Shown: positions 30,866-40,255, counted from the stretch's first letter. The stretch is DNA of 64,000 bases from an uncultured archaeon (GCA_963817525.1 CAWFOU010000001.1:256001-320000); one strand, 5' to 3'. Numbers and translations are program-made. Notes: generated by a model from the sequence alone, not told the origin.

Positions 30866-31086
30866 GATTGTAAGATAGCCGCGAGAGTATATTACACCCC
30901 GAGTAACATTTCAGGGTAAGGGTCCTAGGGCTCGAGATGTCTCGGAAATCCTTGGCTTCGAGCATGGAATGACGCAAGAACCTAGGGGGTTGTTCGTACT
31001 TCGATGGCCCTATTGCCGCCTCTCACTTGACCTCGCACAGACGCCCGGGCTTCACATCTTAGACAAACCCGCGGGTAGCGTCGTCG

Positions 31087-31199
31087 GTAGCCACTCCTCC
31101 CGCGTGCCTGATCACGTGCGCCTAGGACTCCTGAAAGTCCAGAATCTTTCCGGGCCTCAGACTGATGTAGCGGCGGTGGCCTCCAGCCCGCCCCGCCTG
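31087..31199 (+). repeat. ~113-bp direct repeat, copy 2 (overlaps the 3' end of the methyltransferase)
   Basis: Shares ATCACGTGCGCC(C/T)AGGACTCCTGAAAGTCCAGAATCTTTCCGGGCCTCAGAC(G/T)GATGTAGCGGCGGTGGCCTCCAGCC with copy 1. Confidence 0.92.
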
Positions 31200-31672
31200 A
31201 CCGCGGGGGCTAGATGGGAGCCGATCATGTACACGATGACCCTGTAGCTGCGACGGTGGTCCCTGAATGTGCAGAACTGCGTCGGATGCCATCCTGGGAT
31301 CCCGAAGTCGTGCGATACCACAGTTGTCCCTTCGGAGAGCTCCCTGAGGAGCTTCGCCTTCAGCCTCGCGTTCTCGCTGGCACTCTGGTAGAGGGTGACC
31401 ACGGTGGCCTCAGAGAGGTAAACGGCGTCGTAGTCCGCCTCGACTATGGACGCGTTCGCGAGACCCTTCGTCTTCCAGCGGGCCATGGAACATAGCTTCT
31501 TGCTCTTCTCGATCCCGACGGCCTTCCTCGCGTGGTAGTCCCGGGCCGCCGCGAACACTATGCCTCCGTCCCCGCACCCCAGATCGTAGACGACCGAGTC
31601 GGAGTTGACGCCGGCCATGTCCAGCATGTTCTTTATCGCAAATTCTGGCGAGGGGTAGAAGGGGGCGCCCAC
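31157..31672 (-). CDS. Class I SAM-dependent methyltransferase
   Basis: APFYPSP, VYDLGCGDG, AVGIE, ATVVTLY and VVSHDF. Confidence 0.9.
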   Translation of the reverse strand: MGAPFYPSPEFAIKNMLDMAGVNSDSVVYDLGCGDGGIVFAAARDYHARKAVGIEKSKKLCSMARWKTKGLANASIVEADYDAVYLSEATVVTLYQSASENARLKAKLLRELSEGTTVVSHDFGIPGWHPTQFCTFRDHRRSYRVIVYMIGSHLAPAVRRGGLEATAATSV

Positions 31673-31906
31673 GATGCGCCGGGGGCCTGCGATAGGGATA
31701 AGGATGTCCGTCCTTCTCGGGCGCGCCCCGCCAAGGGCTGCTGGGACGAAGTGGGGGCTGTCAGGTGCCTGCGCGACGGGCGACTCTCTAGGTTTATCTA
31801 TCGACGCTGCACTCGAGCAAACTGAGAGGGGAGCGACCTCGCGAGACAGGAGCGGATGGTTCAGGACGGCGTTGCACCGTCGCCGCTCTCGTGAAGGCGA
31901 CCTCGC

Positions 31907-32335
31907 ATAAGCAATCCAGACGACGAAAAGTCCCCCTACGAGGCGCTGGGCCTCCCTCCGGATGCCACGATGGACCAGGTAAAGTCACGATACAGAGAAC
32001 TCAACGACGCGTACCTCAAGATACTTCAGTCGTCAAGACGCGGCGCGAAGGCGTCCCCGCCCAGCCGACCTGCCGCGGCAGAAGACGACGCGGTCACGCC
32101 AAAGCAGGGGTCGAATCCTGACCCGAAGCAAGGGTCCTCGCCTCGGCAGCAGACGCACACCGAGCCGATATCCAGGATCAAGGCGAGACTGGCGAAGGGA
32201 GAGATTCAGAAGGCCCAGTTCGAGCGGATGGCAAAGGAGCGATACAACTACCTCAAGAACAAGCCGTTCATCGACCTGACGGATTCTGAGTTTGAGGAGA
32301 GGCTTCACGGGTTCGAGGGAATGAAGTTCCTATGA
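31907..32335 (+). CDS. Truncated J-domain-like plus SHOCT-like protein
   Basis: In-frame upstream of ATG 31970: SPYEALGLPPDATMDQVKSRYRELNDAYLKIL. C-terminal IKARLAKGEIQKAQFERM. Start may be ATA at 31907. Confidence 0.65.
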   Translation: MSNPDDEKSPYEALGLPPDATMDQVKSRYRELNDAYLKILQSSRRGAKASPPSRPAAAEDDAVTPKQGSNPDPKQGSSPRQQTHTEPISRIKARLAKGEIQKAQFERMAKERYNYLKNKPFIDLTDSEFEERLHGFEGMKFL

Positions 32336-32347
32336 CCCGTGACGCGC

Positions 32348-34285
32348 TCAAGCCGCCTTCTTGTCGACCCGCCTCCTGATTATCTTTCCTCCTCCGGCGG
32401 GGAGCATGCGCATCACATCATCGAGGCTGAGGCTGACCTTGGGGTTCGCGTAGGGCGTCAGTTCGTGGAGCACCTTCTTCGCCGTGTCGGACGGCTTCTC
32501 CCTGCTCGGGACAAGCGCCACGTGTCCCTTGGCTGCCCTCATTATCGCCTCCTCGGGTCCCGAGATCACCCTTCCGCCCTCGTCTACGCCGACCGCCAGC
32601 TCCACCGCGTTCTTCGTGACGAAGTTCTTCTTCCCGTTTATGGCGAACGAGCCGTGGGCTAGGAACTCACCGCTCGGCCCCGCCGTCCCTACCTGCCCCG
32701 GGCTGACCCAGTAGGCGTCGGCGGCTCCCAACCCCGTCTTCCACGCGCTGCTGAAGGTCGCGGTCGCCTTCGCCACCTCCCTGACCTCCTCCCCCGTCTG
32801 CTCGCTCCCGCCTTTGAGGACGAAGAACGGTGAGCCGAAGAGGTCAGCGTGGTAGACGGTGTCGCCCTCTTGGAGGTGCCTCCGTATCAGGATCGTGTTG
32901 CTCTGCGCGTCGCGCCCCCCGATAGCGAGCTTCCCGCTGGACGTGAAGAACCACCTGAACTTCTCATACCACTCCTTCTTCGCTCTCGAGAGCGGGATCG
33001 CCTTCGCGCGGGCTGTCTCTCCCTTCCCGCTCTCCCTCTTGAGCTTGGACCGCAGCCCCTTCTCCGCGGTGTCAATGTCCTGGATCTCCCGTTCCGCCCG
33101 CTTCGCCCTGTCGAAGATGGCCGATGAGATGGAGGCCTGCCCTTTCTCGGCCAGCGCGTCCAGCGAAGCGAGGAGGTCGCTCGGGAGGACCTTCGCCGCT
33201 CGGGCTATCACCAGGGCCTGCTCCGCGTCGGGGGCGGCCCTCGCCAGAGGCGCCAGCTTCCTCAGCTCGGCCGAGAGCTTGGTGAGCCCCGCCTTCTTCG
33301 ACTCGAGGTCGGCGATGGTGGCCTTGTACTCCAGGGCCCGCCTCTCGTGGGCGTCGATCTTCGCCTCCCCACCGGCTTCGGCCCTCTCTGCCCGGGCGAC
33401 GTTCTCCTCCTCCGTGGTCAGGAGGTCTGAGAAGAACAGCTCGTCCAGCAGCGGGCTCAGCGTCGGTGCGGACTGGACGACATCCCTGCTCCTGGGATTG
33501 GTCACCATCACCTCGACCGTCTTCTCGTCCGTCCTCACCAAGCAGGGTGACGGGTTGGATTCGATGCTGGCTAGCATGTCCTTGACCGTTGCCATGACTC
33601 GGTCGACTTCGGCGTCGGGGATGTCGGTCGAGTCCTCCTGACCGTGCGAGATGCGCGCCAGTATTTCGTCGACGTACCTCCTTGGGATCGATAGCCCTCT
33701 CCCGAGGGCGCGGCCCAGCGTCTTCTCTTTCGCCAGGGCGCCCGTCAGGTCTTCACGGGTGAGCGTCTCGAGGGATGCCCGCGTCTGCGGAGGCGGGACA
33801 TACGGGTAGCCCTTGGCGAGCTTCCTCGCCCCTGTCTTGACCTCGCGGAGCGCGAGGGCTATCTTCCCGTCGGGCCCTGCAAGGACTATGTTACCAGGCG
33901 GCATCAGTTCCAGTATGAGCTTTAGGCGGTCGTCTCCTTTGCCCTCGAATTCCAGGATTAAGACCCTGTCGAGGTCGAACTGAGTGACTGACTCGAGCCT
34001 AGCCCTGAGCAGGTTCGAACGGAGCGAGGTCGTGAACTCCGTGGTCTCGACCCGGGCGGGCTTCTCAGTGACCCAAGCGCCGAGCTTGGGGGAGAGAACG
34101 AGGGAGACCTCAGTCGACTCGCCCTCCGCGCCGCCTGACTTTCTCATCCTGAGCAACTGGCTCTCCCCTACGGAATAGATGTTGGAGACGTATGTCTCTG
34201 CAAGGGCCTTGGAGAGCTCCTTTGCGAGGACTCTGAACTCCAGCCCTGAAAGCGAGCCCTTTGACTTGTCTGAAATGAGCGACAT
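32348..34285 (-). CDS. NFACT-family ribosome quality control protein (Rqc2/NEMF homolog)
   Basis: QFDLDRV, LILELMPPGNIVL, KEWYEKFRWF, GGRDAQSN, YHADLFGSPF and FSSAWK. Confidence 0.92.
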   Translation of the reverse strand: MSLISDKSKGSLSGLEFRVLAKELSKALAETYVSNIYSVGESQLLRMRKSGGAEGESTEVSLVLSPKLGAWVTEKPARVETTEFTTSLRSNLLRARLESVTQFDLDRVLILEFEGKGDDRLKLILELMPPGNIVLAGPDGKIALALREVKTGARKLAKGYPYVPPPQTRASLETLTREDLTGALAKEKTLGRALGRGLSIPRRYVDEILARISHGQEDSTDIPDAEVDRVMATVKDMLASIESNPSPCLVRTDEKTVEVMVTNPRSRDVVQSAPTLSPLLDELFFSDLLTTEEENVARAERAEAGGEAKIDAHERRALEYKATIADLESKKAGLTKLSAELRKLAPLARAAPDAEQALVIARAAKVLPSDLLASLDALAEKGQASISSAIFDRAKRAEREIQDIDTAEKGLRSKLKRESGKGETARAKAIPLSRAKKEWYEKFRWFFTSSGKLAIGGRDAQSNTILIRRHLQEGDTVYHADLFGSPFFVLKGGSEQTGEEVREVAKATATFSSAWKTGLGAADAYWVSPGQVGTAGPSGEFLAHGSFAINGKKNFVTKNAVELAVGVDEGGRVISGPEEAIMRAAKGHVALVPSREKPSDTAKKVLHELTPYANPKVSLSLDDVMRMLPAGGGKIIRRRVDKKAA

Positions 34286-34348
34286 CTCCCTCGACCGCGA
34301 TTTTGGAGGCAGGCGAAGCGAGAGTCTTAATGGTTTGGCCTTTAGCGA

Positions 34349-34637
34349 TTAGAGGTCCCCGGCCGCACTAGTCCCAAACCACTTCATCGCGTCTTCGTAG
34401 GAGACCGCGACCAGCGTCTCCGCGTGTGCGTTCTCCATGCCCATCATGCTCATCCTCTTCGTTCCGCTGATGTCTGCCGCCTCCGTTATCCAGACCGCCT
34501 CGTACTTCCCGAGAGTCAGAACCCTTGGCGATGGTGACGTCCTTCTTCTTGGCGCCGTCCATCATCATCTTGTTCATGGCCTCTTCCTCTTGCGGGTTCG
34601 AGGCCTTCTTCAGCTTGATGAGTGTTATGAACCACAT
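34349..34637 (-). pseudogene. GYD-domain protein, frameshifted near 34517-34524 (or sequencing indels)
   Basis: MWFITLIKL... Restoring two Gs gives KGFWTLGKYEAVWITEAAD...AETLVAVSYEDA, matching the GYD-family 'WTLGxYD' and 'TETL' patterns. Confidence 0.7.
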
Positions 34638-34782
34638 AGCTGAGCGTATGCCTCTGCGAATATTTAAGTCGTCGCGACGGAGTTGTCGCCACGCCATGAG
34701 CCGAATATTACGACCAGAGTAGCTTTTAATAGCCTATCGGGGGTTCGGCTAAATCCGAGCTCCCGGAATCGAGTGATTTTAG

Positions 34783-35127
34783 TTGCCACTTACCCTGTTT
34801 GACAAGATTTACTGGCTCAGGGCGGGGCTGGGGGCGATTGGGGGGGTCTCGGCGGAGCTGTTCACAGGCTGCAGGGTGCTCATCCCGCCGCCCGCGAAGG
34901 GAGCGGCTTGCATAAACGGTCTCAGCCCCGACTACTCTACGGGCATCCTCATCGGGCTCTTCATCTATCTGGCCACCTTCTACTTGCTGAAGTGGACGGT
35001 CGGGAAGGGCTTGGCGAAGGACCAGGAGCGGAAGCTCTACACCACGGGCGTGGGGAGCTTCCTGATGCTCTTCATCTTCAGCTGGGTGCTGCTCTTCACG
35101 TTGGGCGTTACTTACTTGACTCTTTGA
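34783..35127 (+). CDS. Three-TM membrane protein, archaeal EMC6-like
   Basis: KIYWLRAGLGAIGG, GLFIYLATFY and KLYTTGVGSFLMLFIFSWVLLFTL resemble the EMC6/Rab5ip topology and C-terminal motif. Confidence 0.6.
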   Translation: MPLTLFDKIYWLRAGLGAIGGVSAELFTGCRVLIPPPAKGAACINGLSPDYSTGILIGLFIYLATFYLLKWTVGKGLAKDQERKLYTTGVGSFLMLFIFSWVLLFTLGVTYLTL

Positions 35128-35428
35128 CCCGCTTGGCCCACTTGCCCATCGTCTGAAGGTATCCGCGGTCGAGGTCGTCCGTCATGTGCGTCTTGGGCAA
35201 CCTGTCCACGGCTCTGAGTATCTTGTCTGCGTCCGCCATCTTGTCGGGTGTCCTGTTCTCGGTCACGTTCACGATGCCATTGAGAGCCAGCAGGGCGCCC
35301 TTCCCGTACTCGGAGGAGACCTGGGGCGCCAGGTGCGCCAGCCTCTGGCGGGCGTCCTCGAGCTTGGTGTGAGCTAGTGACTCGATAATCTCGTCGACCT
35401 CTTCCTTGATCATGCTGCTTGAGAGCAA
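35108..35428 (-). CDS. Hypothetical protein
   Basis: 106-aa helical ORF (EYGKGALLALNGI, DDLDRGY) with a TTTAAG box upstream. Confidence 0.65.
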   Translation of the reverse strand: MLSSSMIKEEVDEIIESLAHTKLEDARQRLAHLAPQVSSEYGKGALLALNGIVNVTENRTPDKMADADKILRAVDRLPKTHMTDDLDRGYLQTMGKWAKRVKESSK

Positions 35429-35522
35429 AGCCAGAGACGCATCGCTTTTCTTCGCTTAAATGCTTATGCCACATTTTCCATTCGAATGGCCGGCGTGGCT
35501 CGCCCTCGCCAGGGGGAAGGCT

Positions 35523-36695
35523 CTATGGACCCGGCGCGAAGATGCTCACGCTGGTGATCGCTTCGGGCAGGCGCTCCGCCGGCCAGAGGTAGATCGTATA
35601 CACTCCGCTACCGTGTACTGCTATCAGCGAGCTGAGGGAGAAGGTGACGTCGAAGCTCCCCGAGTTCACCTGCCAGGTCTGCGCATAGGTGTATGTGCCG
35701 TTGTCCGTCACGCAGTCCTCCCCCGTGGGGCAGGGCGGGAAGACAGTGGACACGACGGTCCCCGGCGTGTAAGCGCCCTCGTACTGGCAGGTTGCCGACT
35801 CGTTGAGCTCGCTGTTCTGCGCGCACGCGCTCAGGTCGTCGAGGGAGCTGACGCTGATGGCGGAGGGGGTGGGGTCATAGAAGACCGAAATCTCAGCCCC
35901 CGCTACCCTGCTCATCCAGCTGGAGACGTCCTGCTGAAGCGTCCCGTTGAAGGTCACGGTGCTCCCAGAGAGCTGGAGGGATTCGGAGCTCAGGTAGCTG
36001 TCCTCGAAGTCCTCGACGAAGAACACCGTCGTCGAGTTGTAGGCCACGCCGATCGACACCTTGTTGTGGAGAGCGTCCAGGATGTTATCGCGATGACCGT
36101 TGCCGCAGCACGCCGAGTCGTTGTTCATCATCACCCACTCTGAGTCGTTTATCGCGTTCTCCACCGTCTCGAGGGTGCAGGGGGCGGGGGTGCGCCCCGT
36201 CGCGTTGGTCGAGTCGCTGCAATAGTTGAGGGCGGCGTTCTCCTCCACGCTCCCGGTCCCGCCGAGGAGGGTGTAGCGCATGTACGGCTTGTAGCCCTGG
36301 TTGTCCCAGTGGCTGAAGTACCCGTAGTACGCCATAGAGTCCGCGTGCTGCTGCCCGGAAAGGACGGAGCTGACCACGACCGGGCTGAGGCCCGCGCCCA
36401 CCCTGTCGTGGTTTATCACGCCGAGCGTGAAGTTCTCGAGGGCGAGGTAGTCCGGAGGGAAGTCGATTTTGGCGGACTGCCCCACGATGATGGGGCTGTC
36501 GGTGAGCCAGTCTCCGGCGTTGGAGTCACTGGTGCTTGGCAGGCCGTCCACCGACGAGTCGGTGGCGCCGGTCGAGCTAGCCGACCCGGCTAGAGTCGAG
36601 GCGCCCGGGCCAACCGGAAAGTGCGTGGTCGCGGCCCATCCCACCGTCACGAGAAGGATCGCGACGACAATTACCCCTACGGTGAGATTTCTCAT
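35523..36695 (-). CDS. Secreted CAP/SCP-domain protein
   Basis: Signal anchor, INHDR..GLSPV, QQHADSM...YFSH, ENAA, GHRDNIL and SIGVA. Confidence 0.88.
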   Translation of the reverse strand: MRNLTVGVIVVAILLVTVGWAATTHFPVGPGASTLAGSASSTGATDSSVDGLPSTSDSNAGDWLTDSPIIVGQSAKIDFPPDYLALENFTLGVINHDRVGAGLSPVVVSSVLSGQQHADSMAYYGYFSHWDNQGYKPYMRYTLLGGTGSVEENAALNYCSDSTNATGRTPAPCTLETVENAINDSEWVMMNNDSACCGNGHRDNILDALHNKVSIGVAYNSTTVFFVEDFEDSYLSSESLQLSGSTVTFNGTLQQDVSSWMSRVAGAEISVFYDPTPSAISVSSLDDLSACAQNSELNESATCQYEGAYTPGTVVSTVFPPCPTGEDCVTDNGTYTYAQTWQVNSGSFDVTFSLSSLIAVHGSGVYTIYLWPAERLPEAITSVSIFAPGP

Positions 36696-36760
36696 CCAAG
36701 GACGACCCTGAGGAGGAAAGGATTGACGGTCCTATATTTGGCCTCCGTGAGTGCACGACG

Positions 36761-37510
36761 CTACTCTATGCCCCTCTCCGACAGGCTGCACCTCGCTTGC
36801 CCCGCGCCCTGCGGGGGCTCGAGCTCGGCCCGGACGTACCCTCCCTCCCTCCAAAGGCGGAGAGACTTGCTCACGAACCTCCCGAGCGTCAGGCCGCCCA
36901 CGTTGATGTCCCTACTCGCCCCCCTCACTGTTATCGAAGCGACCCTGTTCGTGAGGAGCACGACCCTCCGGTGGAGGTACGCGTCTATCGCGATTCTGTT
37001 GAGGTACGCCCCCAGCGCCCCCTGCCGCCTCCCCATCCTCTCCCTGCCGGGGAACTCGAGTGTGAAGTTCTTCGTGACCGTGTCGACGATGACGAGCTTT
37101 GCCGAGCTGACCCGAGGGTCGTCCGCCATCCTCCTCAGGACGTGGGTCTGGGCGTCGACGTCCCCCGCCCTCAACGAATACACGCTCTCCAGCGCCGCCT
37201 TTGGGTCGAGCCCTCTCGACTCGGCGATCTGCGCCACCCTCTCCGGCCGGAAGGTGGACTCTGTGTCGACATAGACAGACTTCCACCCCTGGACGGCCGC
37301 CATCACGGTCGCCTGCATGGCCAGCTGGGTCTTGCCCGAGTTGCTGGCCCCAAACGCCTCCGTTATCTTGCCCTCCCCGTACCCCCCGCCCAGAAGCCCG
37401 TCCAGCACGGCCGAGCCGGTGGCAAGCCTGCCCAGGCTCCTGGCGACATCCAGCGCATCCGCGAACGTGAAAGACCTCAGCGAGCCCGCGGGCGCATCGC
37501 TTTCTGGCAA
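36761..37510 (-). CDS. RadA paralog (RadB/aRadC-like RecA-fold ATPase)
   Basis: LATGSAVLDGLLGGG, GASNSGKTQ, YVDTESTFRPER; no N-terminal HhH. Start is inferred. Confidence 0.88.
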   Translation of the reverse strand: MPESDAPAGSLRSFTFADALDVARSLGRLATGSAVLDGLLGGGYGEGKITEAFGASNSGKTQLAMQATVMAAVQGWKSVYVDTESTFRPERVAQIAESRGLDPKAALESVYSLRAGDVDAQTHVLRRMADDPRVSSAKLVIVDTVTKNFTLEFPGRERMGRRQGALGAYLNRIAIDAYLHRRVVLLTNRVASITVRGASRDINVGGLTLGRFVSKSLRLWREGGYVRAELEPPQGAGQARCSLSERGIE

Positions 37511-37562
37511 GAGACACGGTCTTTGGCCCCGGGGGCGATAATAGCTTTCGCGAGCGACCACG

Positions 37563-38120
37563 TCAGGGCTGGTTTCGCTTGACGGCGCGGACCATCTCAG
37601 TTATGGTCTCCGCGTGGGGGCTCGAGCTCACCCGCCGGATGGCGTCGCCCGCTCTGATCTCGCCCTCTCTCAGGACCTGGAAGTAGATGCCCGTCCTCTC
37701 AGATTCAAGGAACGACCTGACTATCGTTGCAGTGCCGAACCTGATGGCAAGCTTGTAGCACGGGAGCCTAGGCTGGGTCGCCGCCAGCTTCGCGGTGCCC
37801 ACCTCGAACACATCCCCCGTGTGGACGTCTACCTCGAGCATCCCCTTGGTGGTGAGGTTCTCACCCAGCGAGCCCCATGGGATGTCCATGTCCGGGAACT
37901 TCTCCCTCCAGTATTCGTAGTGCTCGCACGCGTAGGCGTAGACGGACTTCCTTTCGCCCCCGTGGACTGCGGGGTCGGCCTGCCGGTCTCCCTCGAGGTT
38001 GGCCGTCCTGACCTTCACCGGGCCTTGGACCGGCCTCTTGATTATGGCCGAGAAGACGGGCTTTCCCCTCGACTTGCCTATCTCGTTGGGGGTGCTGACG
38101 TTGACCGAGAGCAATCGCAA
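37563..38120 (-). CDS. MOSC-domain protein (YiiM-like)
   Basis: LEGDRQAD..VHGG..K, GENLT, QPRLPCYKL and TGIYFQVLREG. Confidence 0.92.
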   Translation of the reverse strand: MRLLSVNVSTPNEIGKSRGKPVFSAIIKRPVQGPVKVRTANLEGDRQADPAVHGGERKSVYAYACEHYEYWREKFPDMDIPWGSLGENLTTKGMLEVDVHTGDVFEVGTAKLAATQPRLPCYKLAIRFGTATIVRSFLESERTGIYFQVLREGEIRAGDAIRRVSSSPHAETITEMVRAVKRNQP

Positions 38121-38206
38121 TGTCGAGATCGAGGACTCCCCGATTCCCTCCGTCCATTACTAAGCATATCTGCGGGCGCGTCCTAGGCTGGAGGGAGGGT
38201 CACGGG

Positions 38207-38617
38207 TTGGCTGCCAAGACCAAGTCCATCTACGAGCCTGGGGAGCCTGGGGACGGGCTCAGGGTCCTGATAACCAGGTACTACCCCCGCGGCGTGAAGA
38301 AGGACCGCTTCGACCGCCGGGTGGTCGCCCTCTCCCCCAGCCGCGAGCTCCTTTCGAGCTACAGGAGCGGGGGGATGGACTGGGAGGAGTTCAGCAAGGC
38401 GTTCCTCGCGGAGCTGCGCGCCAACCCTGAGAGCATCGATGCGATACGTTCGCTACACGAGGTGAGCAAACAGCGCGACGTCACGCTGCTCTGCTACGAG
38501 CGGCCCGGCCTTCCGTGCCACAGGTACATCGTACGCGACCTCGTCGACTCTCCGGGTCGCCTCTCGATGCCCCCCGGGCCTCGGCGCGGCAAAAGGGAGA
38601 GGCGCGCTCGGTCGTAA
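38207..38617 (+). CDS. DUF488-family protein
   Basis: KSIYEP..DGLRVLITRYYPRGVKK, LSPSRELL and TLLCYE..CHR. Confidence 0.88.
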   Translation: MAAKTKSIYEPGEPGDGLRVLITRYYPRGVKKDRFDRRVVALSPSRELLSSYRSGGMDWEEFSKAFLAELRANPESIDAIRSLHEVSKQRDVTLLCYERPGLPCHRYIVRDLVDSPGRLSMPPGPRRGKRERRARS

Positions 38618-38640
38618 GCGCGTGAGACGGACGCGTTTTA

Positions 38641-38658
38641 TCACGCTCATGAGCGTGA
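38641..38658. promoter_or_regulatory. Perfect 18-bp palindrome TCACGCTCATGAGCGTGA (candidate operator)
   Basis: Exact inverted repeat in the intergenic region upstream of lsm-mat. Confidence 0.5.
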
Positions 38659-38758
38659 AGGTCGCCTGTCGTTTAGTCTTCGCAAGAGTAGTTTATTCCC
38701 CCACTTGCGAGCGTAAAATGTTTTTATTGGCGAAAAGGCGCCGTCGGATAGCTCAAAA

Positions 38759-39007
38759 GTGAACGCTTCTCAACAGACGCCAAAGCGGCCGCTCGCAGTT
38801 CTTCAGAAGGCCATAAGCAAGAAGGCGACGATCCGCCTCAAGACAGACGTCGAATATCGCGGGCGGGTCTCGAACGTCGACGCGTTCATGAACGTGATCC
38901 TAGAGGACGCCGAGGAGTTCGAGGGCGGCAGGCTATCGGCCAACTACGGCAAGGTCATAGTCAGAGGGGACAACGTCCTCTACGTCAAGCTCGAAAGCTC
39001 CCTGTGA
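38759..39007 (+). CDS. Sm-like (Lsm/SmAP) RNA-binding protein
   Basis: RPLAVL, YRGRVSNVDAFMNVILEDAEE (Sm1) and IVRGDNVLYV (Sm2). Confidence 0.95.
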   Translation: MNASQQTPKRPLAVLQKAISKKATIRLKTDVEYRGRVSNVDAFMNVILEDAEEFEGGRLSANYGKVIVRGDNVLYVKLESSL

Positions 39008-39046
39008 GACCAGCAGCTTGAACAGATTTATCGAAGGTGGCTCTAG

Positions 39047-40255
39047 ATGACAAGGTCAGTCCATTCCGAACAGCTTCCCGACTGCGTCTCCGACCTCCAA
39101 GTCGAGATCGTCGAGAGGAAGGGCATAGGGCACCCCGACAGCATCATCGACGGGGCCTGCGAGGCGGTCTCGATCGCGCTCTCGAAATACTACCTGGACA
39201 ACTTCGACGTCATATTCCACCACAACGTGGACAAGGGGCTCCTCGTGGGCGGCAAGTCGCACGCCGTCTTCGGAGGGGGCAAGGTCATCGACCCCATCTA
39301 CATCCTCGTGGCCGGAAGGGCGACCGACGTCGTCCCGATCGGGGGCAAGACCGAGGAGGTCCCCGTCGAGATGATAGCGAAGGAGGCCATCGCCAACTAC
39401 ATCAGGGGGACGATGCGCTTCCTCGACCCGAAGAAGCACACGCGCGTCGAGACGATGATCAGGCCGGGCTCCCCCGACCTCGTCGCGGTCTTCCTCAGGA
39501 AGCAGGCCATGCCCGTCGCCAACGACACCTCGATAGGCGTCGGGTTCGCCCCGCTCTCCGCGACCGAGAAGGTCGTCTTCGAGATCGAGCAGCTCCTCAA
39601 CTCGTCCAAGCTCAAGAAGAAGTACCCCGCGGTGGGCGAGGACGTCAAGGTCATGGGGATGAGGGTGGGCAAGAAGCTCAACGTCACGGTGGCCGTGGCG
39701 ATGGTGAGCGGCCAGATCAAGGACGCCAGCGAGTACGCGAGCATAATCAGGGACGTCAGGGACGAGGTCGACGACCTGGTCGCCAAGTCCCCGCTGGACG
39801 TCAACGTCAGGCTAAACCAGGCGGACGACGCCAAGCACGGCAGCTACTACCTCACGGTCACGGGCACCTCGGCAGAGCAGGGCGACGACGGCAACACGGG
39901 CAGGGGGAACAGGGTCAACGGCCTCATCTCGCCCATGCGGCAGTACTCCATGGAGGCGACCGCGGGGAAGAACCCGGTCAACCACACGGGCAAGCTCTAC
40001 AACGCCGTTGCGCTCCACGCCGCGGAGCAGATTGCGGACGAGGTGAAGGGCGTTAGGGAGGCCTACGTCAGGATACTCAGCAGGATCGGCAGCCCCATAG
40101 ACCAGCCGCAGATAGCGAGCGCCGCTGTGGTCCTCGAGAAGGGGACGAAGATGTCCAGCGTCAAGGGCGAGGTCGAGCAGATACTCGACGACCAGCTCAG
40201 GGACATCCGAAACATCACGAACCTGATCCTCGAGAAGCGCGTCATCCTGTTCTGA
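39047..40255 (+). CDS. mat: Archaeal S-adenosylmethionine synthetase
   Basis: EIVERKGIGHPDS, HHNVDK, ANDTS, GEDVKVMG, GRGNRVNGLI and AGKNPVNHTGK. Confidence 0.96.
   Translation: MTRSVHSEQLPDCVSDLQVEIVERKGIGHPDSIIDGACEAVSIALSKYYLDNFDVIFHHNVDKGLLVGGKSHAVFGGGKVIDPIYILVAGRATDVVPIGGKTEEVPVEMIAKEAIANYIRGTMRFLDPKKHTRVETMIRPGSPDLVAVFLRKQAMPVANDTSIGVGFAPLSATEKVVFEIEQLLNSSKLKKKYPAVGEDVKVMGMRVGKKLNVTVAVAMVSGQIKDASEYASIIRDVRDEVDDLVAKSPLDVNVRLNQADDAKHGSYYLTVTGTSAEQGDDGNTGRGNRVNGLISPMRQYSMEATAGKNPVNHTGKLYNAVALHAAEQIADEVKGVREAYVRILSRIGSPIDQPQIASAAVVLEKGTKMSSVKGEVEQILDDQLRDIRNITNLILEKRVILF

Noticed and set aside
34500-34540. Programmed ribosomal frameshift in the GYD gene
   Set aside because: No slippery heptamer; two separate single-G losses explain it better.
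34738-34765. 11-bp stem-loop upstream of the EMC6-like gene
   Set aside because: It probably straddles the transcription start, and GC-rich hairpins of this size arise by chance.
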